Positions 10,724 through 20,900 of a stretch of DNA of 22,637 nt are shown in pieces. The notes beneath the pieces are model-generated. The model was not told the DNA's origin, did no database searches, and saw only the letters and a program-made list of their open reading frames with translations. The DNA comes from Leidyana gryllorum EB-2025a (lineage: Eukaryota; Protista; Apicomplexa). The stretch lies in NCBI GenBank assembly GCA_048772705.1, contig JBLWGC010000143.1:1-22637 (forward strand), read 5' to 3'. The position numbers and the translations under genes are program-made. Position 1 is the stretch's first letter. Every line of letters starts with the position of its first letter.

Positions 10724-10725
10724 TG

Positions 10726-11368
10726 ATGGGCGGTACACCCACGACAACAGAAGAAGGCTCCGTTGCCTCTCAGCAAAACTTGGACCAGGCTCGCAAATGT
10801 CTAGAAAGTACACGAGACCGTTTGAAAAGCCTTCAGTCCAAAGTATGGTTTCAAACAAACGTGCTCCACAAGTTGATAGAGGTAAGAATGAGATGAAGAT
10901 TTCAAAACACCAACTGAGCAGCAAGAAGATGCCGAACTGAGATATTGCAAGGTTAACAGGTGCTTTTCGGAAGCTCAAGCTCAGCAGTTGAATGAATTGC
11001 AACGAACTAAACTTGACCTTCAACGGGAATGCCGCCTAAAAGAGCTCCAACAACACTTCGTTGCCTCGGCCATTCGATGGTCTGACATGGATGTCGTCTC
11101 AGAATGTGAGCAGCAACACTGTTGCCTCCTTCACTGTGTTGTCTGTAGATCAAAACCTGGTCCTCTCGACCGATGCGGACTTTCCTGACACCAATCCGGC
11201 CGTTGACCGTGCCTATGGTGAAGTTCTCTCAAAGTCTTTGTGAGTCAATGTGATTTGAAGAGTGTGGTAGAGCTTTCTCCACAGTCAGTCTCTGTCGCAC
11301 TCCGTATCATTGACTTGGCATTGAAAAAAGATGTTGATGTAGAGGAGGCCATTGCAAAGCATCACTGA
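10726..11368 (+). CDS. Small coiled-coil protein of unknown function (~160-180 aa); introns 10882-10921, 11106-11148, 11240-11284; stop position uncertain (11324, 11368 or 11388)
   Basis: Three 40-45 nt GT-AG introns stitch a helical reading: MGGTPTTTEEGSVASQQNLDQARKCLESTRDRLKSLQSKVWFQTNVLHKLIE|QEDAELRY..QLNELQRTKLDLQRECRLKELQQHFVASAIRWSDMDVVSE|YQNLVLSTDADFPD.. Confidence 0.65.
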
Positions 11369-11374
11369 AGGAAT

Positions 11375-14300
11375 ATGTCAGCAGGTAAATACCGACCTTG
11401 ACTATCGCTGTCACACCATGGCCAGCATCCGAGGCAGCACACGCTCAACCCCGAGAGCCAGACGTTTGTGTGCCCTGCGACCACGAGACTGTGAAGACTG
11501 CGTGGCCAACCGATACTCAGGGTGGCTCGTTGATTCCCGCCGCATCTCCTGAGAATGCTCCCGTGGGCGTCACCAAAGCCACATCGGATGGGAATGTCAA
11601 CTTTAGTGATGTGGCTGACGCTCCTCACCTCACCAAAGTGACGGATCAACTACACTCATATAATCTGCGGAATACAGGCTTTGCCCATACTCTTCGCTAT
11701 ATGTTTTATCGGTCGTTCCGACGCACGTATCTCGGTACACATCAAAGAACCTGGGGAGCATTCACAGCGACATGCTTAATACTGTTTGTTTCGGCACTGA
11801 ACTTGACCATCTATGCTGCTAGTTGTCAAAGAGCCTTCATGACAACTCCCGTAACAGAGAAAGGAGGAGGTCATTATGCATCGCTACTCTTTTCTGGCGT
11901 GACGCTACTACTAATGATCGGGTTGTCTGTAATCTCTAAAACTCCATCAGCTTACCGGATGTCGGCCTACATTTCATTGGGCTTCATGTTGGTCGACATT
12001 ATCTGCCTGATAGGTAAGAGTCAAGCTGAGCCTGCGCCATTCTCCAGCTCCCAGGGTTGGTGGTTCTGACGACCAAACACTCAGAAGAGATTCCTTTGCG
12101 ACGTCTGGGGCCGTTTGTGGACCACGTCCGAGGATATATCATCTCGCCACAGATTCAACATATAGAAGACTTTGCTTCTGCGGGCCCAGCATTGTTCGGA
12201 GAAGGTGACCATCTCCTAGGCAGGATTGCAGGACGTCCAGCTGCTATTTCATTTACCATTGATTAATCAAATCCTCCAATGTGTGATTATCTGTTGTGAT
12301 GTTATCTGGATGCGCGTGCTCAGCCGGTTGGGAGAGTGGTATTACCTCAAGTCCAACTTCTTTGTCAATGGCTGGGTGGTCTAGTGTTCGGCCCGTTCGG
12401 TTCCTGGGTTTTGAGTCGCACGTTGCCGCAGGGTGGGTTCAAATCGATAATAGACTGGTTGATCTCACGCCGGTAACAGATGTATCAGCTGCCTTACAAC
12501 AGCACCGGAGTATCGGGCGTTTCCGTGTGCGCAGCGGATTATGTATCGAATTAGTGGGGACAATTACAGTGAATCGGTAAGATTAGGAGGAGTAGGACAG
12601 CCAGAAAGGGCACAATAACATCCATAGTCTCGTCAATTGGTGCTCGAAATTCTATGCTTGAGCAATCGACTCCAGCAGACAAGCTCAATAGGCAAACGAA
12701 GAGATCGAAATGGCGTATTATATATACCGGAGAATTGAATGAGGCTGGAAGGCCCGAAGGGTTCGGCTATTGGTTTGGCCACGAAATGCTGGGAAAACAT
12801 GATTGGATTCTGGAGTGACGGTGAACCCAGTGGACCTTCCAAAAGTCGGGAGGTGACGTCCGGGTCAGGCCTCGCTTGCATCAAGCTGGGATGGGCTCAA
12901 TGTCTTCTGTCGGAAAAACGGCTGGAATTTGGCGTGGCGCTGGTTGAATGCTCCGTATCGGGTAGATTCTTCCGTGGCTTCCCTGATGTGCGAACCTTTA
13001 ACGCTCCTTTGATCAAGAAGAGGGACAGTGGCATCTTTAAGCAGGCGAAGCGAGGATTGGAGAGGATGGTAAAGGAAGGGCGCAGAGTAGTCCTACCATC
13101 GACGTATGTCGCCGATGTACCAGAACTGCAAACCCGTAACCAACCGGAGGGGTGGTATCCACCACGATACCATTCAATGGAGTTGGGGGCACGATCACGG
13201 TAGCAGTGAGTCCGAGTCCTATCACGGTACCAGAGCCGGGTCACCGTCGGGCACAATCGAGTCAACGGCTACCTGAAGGACGCGGTATGCATAGATCTCG
13301 AACGTTGAAATGGTTTGGTCGGCCATCGAGGGCTCATGTGGATTACAATGTTCTCAAGGAGGCGAAAGCGCGAGAAGTCATTCGTAATTATCGCGAAAGC
13401 GTCAAATGGATTCTCAACGAATTGCATCCTCACGTGAGTTTGGACGGGGCGACGCTGATTGATTTTGGGCTATCAGACCCCATCTTTCTCGTTGCAAGGA
13501 CGATCCGAGGTGACCATCTCTGTGGACAAAGAAAGGGGGTTGAGCAATCGGGATTTGCCCCTATTGACCAGGTGATGGTCCAGCAATATCCTCGGAGGGA
13601 GTCATCGTCGTTCGCTGATTATCTCGCGTCAGTGACAGGAATTCCGGTGACAATCCTCCAGTCGCGACTGATGGACTCGGAGAGTGGAGTCACTGTTCGA
13701 GGTGGCAGAGAGCTCGAGCAGCAGTTCTGGCGCGGCTGGTCACGTGATACGGACCCCACCCTGGGGCGAGATAGCGGCTGATCAGAAGATGAATATTGCT
13801 GTCTCGAGTGCCCTACCGGGGTACCGGACGGCTGCGACCACTACAGCGCCTCGGCAGTCGTTTGATCATCACGGACTGGGGCCAAATCTGAAATCTGATC
13901 TTCACACAGATCTGCCATCCAAAGATCCGAGCGACGAGGGTGGTGGAGCTGTGGTGACTACTGTTCTGAGTGTGGCTGAGGCCAAACCAAACGACAGAGT
14001 GGAGGTTTCAATTGTTGAGAAGTTAGTTCTGGGCGGTTCCGGACTCGCCGAATGATTTGATTGACGTGAATGTGCCCGAGTTGGTTGTAGAAGGATGGAT
14101 ACCGATGGAGAGTATTGGGTTGAGTGAAGTGCTCATTTATGTGCACGGTTTCAACAATTCGCAGCAAGAGGTAGGGTGATATCGACTTTCGAGTTGTGTG
14201 ATTCATTTCGGCCGCCACACAGTGTCAACAGACGCTCGGTCAAATGGCAGCGTTTGGTAATCTACCATCTCACTTGAAAGTGTTGGTGTTCACTTGGCCC

Positions 14301-15354
14301 GCTGGAGCGGGGGCTTTCAGTTTTTTCCGAGCGCAAAGCGCTGCCGAGGACCCAGTTTGCCACGAGGCGTTCACTCAATTGCTGGTGTCCCTGCAACACA
14401 ACGACGTGCGGCAAGTTCATATAATGGCACACTCCATGGGGAGTCGTCTCTTCCTCAAGTCTCTCCGCGGATCCTGACTCAGGCGAGTAAGTCGCGCGCG
14501 CGCAATAATTTGGCTCTGTCATGTCCTCCCTCTCGCTCCAGTATTCTCATGACGAAGAACGAAGACCCCGTTGCTGGGAAAATACAATTAGTTACAACGA
14601 GTTTCATGAACCCCAGATTTGTCTCGGAGTTTGTGGGCCGCGACTACGAATTATTACGTAGCTGTTGCGCGAACATCACCATCTACGCGGATGGAACGAT
14701 CGAGTGGGGCTCTGTCACTGCAATCTCCAATACTTCTTCAGGCTCTGTGGTGGGCGGAGGCTTTCAGCGGACGGAGTGCTCTCGGTCGGAGTGTCTGTGG
14801 ACTGCGGGCGCGGGGCACAGGCGGAAGTCCTACAACTCACAATGAAACACAGCGCGGTGTTAATCTGATGCATGCGACGAGCTTTGTGCAAGTGGATGGG
14901 CCAGCTAATGAATGGACCCGATTTGAGCCTCAAAACTACAATGTACGACGTCGGATTCGACGAAGAGGTTGGTGATCCTTCCGAAGCAGAAAGGAGCCTA
15001 TTGGTGAGGATTCCACCTTAAATTTCGGTGACTGGTTGGGTAAGCGGTGGATCGACTGTCGAGAGAAAGAGAGACAACGCCTTCAGATGTTGATATCATC
15101 GATACCACTTTCATGGATCGTAACGTTAGTGACACGAGACACTCCTTCTGGAATCTCAATCGCGAGATCATTGAGGATCTGAGAGAGCTGCTGGTGACGC
15201 GGAAACGAGCTCGTCAGCGAATGGGTCGGCTGGACCTGTAAGGCATACGCAGCCGTCCGCTTGTCACTGCTCTCTGCTCGACAGACGGGATGGCAACGTT
15301 TGGGTATTCAGGGTTGCCCCCTCTTTCCTGACTTCGATATTTGAGACCCCTTAG
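11375..15354 (+). CDS. Large membrane protein: N-terminal TM helices, MORN-like motifs, C-terminal DUF900-like alpha/beta hydrolase; multi-intron; start at 11375 or 11418
   Basis: TM segments at 11750-12010; YTGELNEAGRPEGFGYW (12723-12773); VLIYVHGFNN (14144); VLVFTWPAG; nucleophile elbow HIMAHSMG (14427-14441); RHSFW (His at 15140); ends RLDL|RDGNVWVFRVAPSFLTSIFETP* (TAG 15352-15354). Introns include 12014-12047, 12577-12627, 13434-13476, 14171-14222 and 15238-15284. Confidence 0.8.
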
Positions 15355-15401
15355 TTAGCATAGAAACTGTAATTGGCGGCCAAAAAAGGAGTGGCACAAC
15401 A

Positions 15402-17818
15402 ATGCCTGATATAAACCCCAAAGCAACATGTGAAAGTTCATTGGGAGCTGAGGCGAGTAAAGACGCAAAGTCAGTAAGCAAGAAGACATCTTCCCACAAC
15501 TCCGATGACGGTGGCACTGGAGACGCAATCGAGTGCACACGCAAACTGCTGGCCTCGGTGCTCGCGTCAGATACAACTTTCCAGCATTCGGCTCGCGCAT
15601 CCTTCGTGGTGAGTGGCTGGTGGCAACCCGCATAATCTCCTCCGTTTCAACAGCAATTCGATGCGGATAAGAATAAATTGCTCGATTTCGATGAGACTCG
15701 AGCCTTCTTCACCCAGCTATGTTTCAATTTGACCATCCCCCCGATCAGTGGTAAGCCACGCGACCACGCCGAACTACCCTCCCAAGCTGCTCTCTCTGTC
15801 AACAAACAGTACCCTCAAAGTGATATTCGAAAAGTACGACAGTAAAGGCCGCGATGGATTGTCGATCAATGACTTCACCCGAATGGTAGGAAGAGGAAGG
15901 ACCTCCCACGACTCATTCTTCTCAATTTTGTATCCAGTATAAAGCTCTGCTGCTACGCATACGCAACAAGTACTACCCGCCTCGTATCGAGGATATTCGA
16001 TCAACGTTATGGGTGCCCATGTCCCCCTTGGGACGTTCTATTGACATCCGAGGTGAGTTCGGAAAGTGGATCTTTCAGTCGCACAATGGATTCACTGTAC
16101 AGAGTTCATGGCCTTCGAGAGGAGAATCGGATCCGGAGAGTTTGGTGAAGTTCATGAGGTCATAGATCTCAGGTAAGAAGATTGCGCGATTCAACACCTC
16201 CAAAATGGCTCCCCAGAACTCAAGCACGACGAGCTTGCAAGATCATCAATAAAGCAATGCTCAATCTCCCAGTGGAACAGGTTGAGGCAGTGATTGTCAT
16301 GATGAGATCGGTGATGGCCTCCTTTGGTTCCTTTTCGCAGGAAGAAATCAATATACTGAAGAATGTGGACCACCCCAATGTGATCAAAATCTTTGAAATC
16401 TTCGAGGACCCCAATTCTGTTTACATCCTTCAAGAGTTGTGTCGAGGTGGCGAACTCCTGAACACTTTGTTAGTCAATCCAAAGAGGGCGAAGTCTCATG
16501 ATGAAGGATTTGTGCGCCGTATAATGCGGTAGCTGTTCGAAGGGCTATGCCACATCCACGGAAAGCGAATCGTTCATAAGTGAGTCAGTCTTGCGAAATG
16601 GCCCTCCTTGTGCTATCACCTTCCGTTGACAGAGACTTGAAACCCGGAAATGTCATGTTTGCTACCGAGGATGAGGACTCACCCATAAAAATCATCGACT
16701 TTGGACTCGGAGAGATCTTCAAGGACAGTAGTGACGTGACGCAGACACTCAGAGGTTCAGCTATATACATGGCTCCTGAAGCTTTCAAAGATGGAGTTCT
16801 GTGTCTCAAGCTTGACGTTTGGTCGGCCGGATGCATCATGTACAACCTGCTGACCGGAAAGTTTGCTTTTGACGCTCCCGATATACACAGCTTCCGACGT
16901 GTCGTTGTCACGAGTGAGCTTCCTAACCCATCGCGTTCGTCCTCACACGCTCTTTCTCCCCCTTTCAGAGGAACTTAATCTGCAACAATTACTACCCCAA
17001 TTCAGCCCCGAAGCTCGGGACCTACTCCAAAAGATCTTTGAGAAACGACCTGAGAAGAGGATCAGTGCCGCGGAGGCTCTGCGACATCCATGGTTTGATC
17101 CGGACTCAACTGAGTCGTGACAACTTGTCGGAGTCTATGTGCCTCAATATGCGCAACTATGCGAAGCAATCTAACCTCAGGAATGTCTTCGTGAATCTAA
17201 TGGCACAACAATTAAGCATCTCGAATGAGCATGTGAAGCGAATTACCCGCATCTTCAAGGAACTGGATAGGGAAGGAAAGGATATCTAAGCCACTCTGCT
17301 ATTCATGAGGCCCTACAAGCAGCCAAGTTTGCGGAATGGGATATCAATCTGATTATACAACAGCTGGATGTCCGTAACGAAAGTAAGCAATTGGTGTTTA
17401 TATCGAATCAAGGCGGCTGTGGTTTACTAAGATCAAACCCGATGCCTGTCATATTTTCTATATTAACAAACACATCATTTGTTTGTGTGTTCCGCAGGTC
17501 AAATATCATACACAGAGTTTTTGGCCGCCTGCTACTCCTGGAGGGAGTCGGAGCTAAATTTGGTGTGGGCTGCATTCCAACGAATCAATCGTAATGGCAC
17601 CAATCAAGTCACCCGAGCAGAACTAAAGCAAATACTAATCCATCATTCTGCTGTTACACCTGCTTCCATGGGAGCCAGTGCCGTCTCCATGTCAAAGAGT
17701 GGCCTCATCGCTCCCTCAGATGAAGACTTGGTGGATCAGATGATTGAACTCTGTCGACCGCGATAAAGACGGGATAATAAGCTGGAATGATTTCGAAGCT
17801 TTCATCCGTGGGAAGTAA
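15402..17818 (+). CDS. CDPK6: Calcium-dependent protein kinase, CDPK6-like (2 N-terminal EF-hands, kinase, 4 C-terminal EF-hand positions); about 8 introns
   Basis: N-terminal EF loops DADKNKLLDFDE and DSKGRDGLSIND; GSGEFG; ACKII; DHPNVIKIFEIFED; spliced IVHK|DLKPGN (HKD, as I recall from Toxoplasma CDPK6); SPIKIIDFGL; YMAPE; C-terminal QISYTEFLAA and DKDGIISWNDF; TAA at 17816-17818. Introns 15609-15653, 15886-15937, 16053-16102, 16173-16216, 16580-16632, 16914-16968, 17383-17497. One in-frame TAG at 16530. Confidence 0.88.
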
Positions 17819-17910
17819 AAAAGAGTCTTTGTACAAAAAACATGGACTCAAGCACATTGCTGGGGTAGGCCCATTGTCATCAGCAGTAGAGCATATGTTT
17901 TTCGTTCAAG

Positions 17911-20900
17911 ATGAATCAACAACTTCATAACAACGGTAAGCCCGCACGGCGAGCCAGTGGGGGGGATGGGGAGCAATTCGAGGCAAACCTTCGCGTGCCA
18001 GACAAACGTGTGTGCTAATACCAGGCCCATAGAGACAGACCCCCTACCGGATGCGCCAATGTCCGCTTATCGACATGCCTTTGCAGCTTCCGACTCGTAT
18101 TTCGCAGAGCATCACCCTTCAGGCTCAAGCACTGAAGACTTCTATGGTTAGTGCATGAAACCACCGTTTTGCTGACATCCGCCCTCGTTTCGTGCCATAG
18201 TGTGTGTGTGCGGGATCGACGGTGCAACTTTCACTGACACATTTGCTCTTGCAGGCCGGTATGCGCGGGGAAGCGGTCCCAAGGGCGTCGTGGGGTCTGG
18301 ACAAGGAGGACCATCGGTGATGACGCGGAAACGCGGAGCCAGTGAGATGCTGTGGGGTGACACCAACGCGGCAGCCGTCGCAACCAACTCGTTATGGGGC
18401 CCCACGCCACCGCAGTCCCCAGCATATCGAAGTACGCTTCCAGTGGCGACCTTCTCTCAAACTGGTGCCGAAACACACGCACACTCTCCTCCCCCGACTC
18501 CTGGTCCTACCACTCCAACTGCCGGGCCAGGAAACAACGCGGATTTCGTCGCAGCTTGGTGGGATGTTAGCGCTAATCAACCATCTCAACCTGCGAGTGC
18601 CGCGCCCCCTCCTGTTAACAGTCAATCTCCCTTCAGCGAGAATCCAGCGACCGCCGCTCCGTACATGAAAGCGGCAAGTGTTGAAAGCGCGTCGCTCAAC
18701 TTGTCTAACGTCAACGTTCCCATGCTAGATCCTGCTACGGGGAATCGGATAGAATCTCAACAGCAATCAGGCGACTCTGACTTTGTTCTTCCTGGCCTTC
18801 CTGTTGATCCCCAGCGGTCAGGATACCAACCATTTCACGATCTGGTGGTACCTGCATCGCGTCTACCACCTTTGCGACCACCTCGACGTGACCGTCCCGG
18901 TAACTATATCCCTCCGGTGGAAGAAGATGACCGTTGTGAGGTTTGCTGGGAGAACCACACGTCCGAAGCCGACCCCATCATAGAATGCACCGGTGAGTCC
19001 ACACCTACTGGTTGACCATCACATGGTGCTCCCTCGAGAGATCCTAAATGTTCTTTTTCTGTCTGCAGGTTGTGGTGTGCTGGTACATCAACAGTGTTAC
19101 GGAGTTTGTCGTTTGGAAAGCGCTCACGAATGGTACTGCTGCGTTTGTCAATATTGGCGGGGTATAGGGTACACTCCATGGAACGCCCGAGGCGGCGGTG
19201 ACCAGTCATCATTGGAAGGTCGTCACCCAGCTCCCTTATTGTACTGCGTCATCTGTCTGCGCCCTCGTGGAGCTATGAAGGTCGGAAAGGAAGGGAAGTG
19301 GGCTCACGTCAGCTGCATACTTTATAACACACATGAAGGGCCTCAGTTTCGAAATATGGCTAACAGAACTAATCCTATCAATATCGACAAGCATTTAGTG
19401 GCTCACAGCCGATCACGATTTGTTTGTTCTATTTGTCGAAGCAGCGAGGGTTTCACGCGGAACTGCTCATTCCCAGGTTGTACCAAACGCGTTCACGTGG
19501 CTTGCGTTTTCACCAAAGGACAGAAACCTAAGCTTGAGGCGATTCAACTGAAGTGCCAATATTTCATACTGTCGTTCCCATGGAGGGGGCAAAACCCTTC
19601 CGAACCGACAGAAACACGAGTGGTTGAGAAACTAATCACCATTGTGACATGCGAAGACCACAGCAGCGAAGATGCGCATCGTGCAGTCAAGAGCTGGGAG
19701 GAGAAAAGTCTCAAGAACATGGAGCGGTCGGAGGGTGATCTCGCCATGTTCGCGCCACCAGATTTGTCAACGGCCCTCAGAGGACCACTGGGTCCGCCTC
19801 CCCCGGGGGCAAACCCCGATGGTACACCAACCTCAGGGGCTCCTCCTGATATGTCCGGAGCCATGGCAGGGCCAGGTGGCTACACACCTGGTGGGACGAA
19901 TCCCCCCGGTCCCGCAGCACCAGGTGGTATGGGCGCAGCTCAACCTTGGATGTCCAAGCAACCAGCTCTATCTGTATGGCCAATATCCGGCAGCCGGGAA
20001 CCCTTACGCGGCGGCGTACCGTCCACCTGGTTATTATATGCATCAGCCCTGGGCAATGCCGGCCTACGGGGGCGCTGGCTACACACAGATGTTCCGGCCC
20101 CGACCTTTCGGTCACATGGGATACCCCGGGCTCTACCCAACACCGCCCGGCATGGATCGTGGAGGGCAGCCGCCTGCGTACGGCGCCTATGGTGGTTGGC
20201 CTGGCCAGTTCCCTACTATTGCTGCTGCTCCTCATATGTTCAACCACATCAACCTCCAGCTGCGTTTCGACCGAATCACGTCAAAGTTCGTCTTGGATCT
20301 TCCAATCCCAAGTTTGCTCCCGCAGGCGTTAAAGGAGAGGTACCGAGTACGGCAAGTACTGGGCTAGATATGGGGCTTGGGGTTGGCGTTCAGGGTGGAG
20401 CGAACGCCCCAACGTCTCCAGCGAGCAAAAAGGGCAAGGCGCGCACAAAGAAGGGCGAGGCAGGTACGGTTACGACTGCCACAGCAAAGGCGAAGCAGAA
20501 AAGGAGGGACAGCCAAGACTGGAGGGGAGACCACCGCCACAACCGCGACCGACCAAGCAACGACGGTGGCTCAGAACAAACGGAAACGGGGTACACCCGG
20601 GACAACGAGGTGCCGCCGCCGGTGATGGGTTGGAGAGTCTCGGTCGAAGTCGCCCCACCAGCCGGCGAAGATTGGATGGTGATGACGAGTTTGGAGATGA
20701 CGGGGGAGGCTATAATCTACGGGGCGCATCGTCACGAGGGCTTAAAGTCGTTTGGAGCAAGTGTGATGAGCAGTTCAGAAGCTTGCGGGGAGCTTGCAAT
20801 AGAGATCCACTGGTCAGCTTCATTCTCTCCCTCGAGAGCGATGTACAGTGTGTTGGGACCGCTTCGAAATGGAGCTGGATTCTCAAGAACCCGGATGGGA

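Noticed and set aside
12160-12385. Several TAGs in one plausible frame of the membrane-hydrolase gene as more TAG=Gln evidence
   Set aside because: An alternative open frame (12057..12266) plus an intron explains the region, and no conserved column is available to test it.
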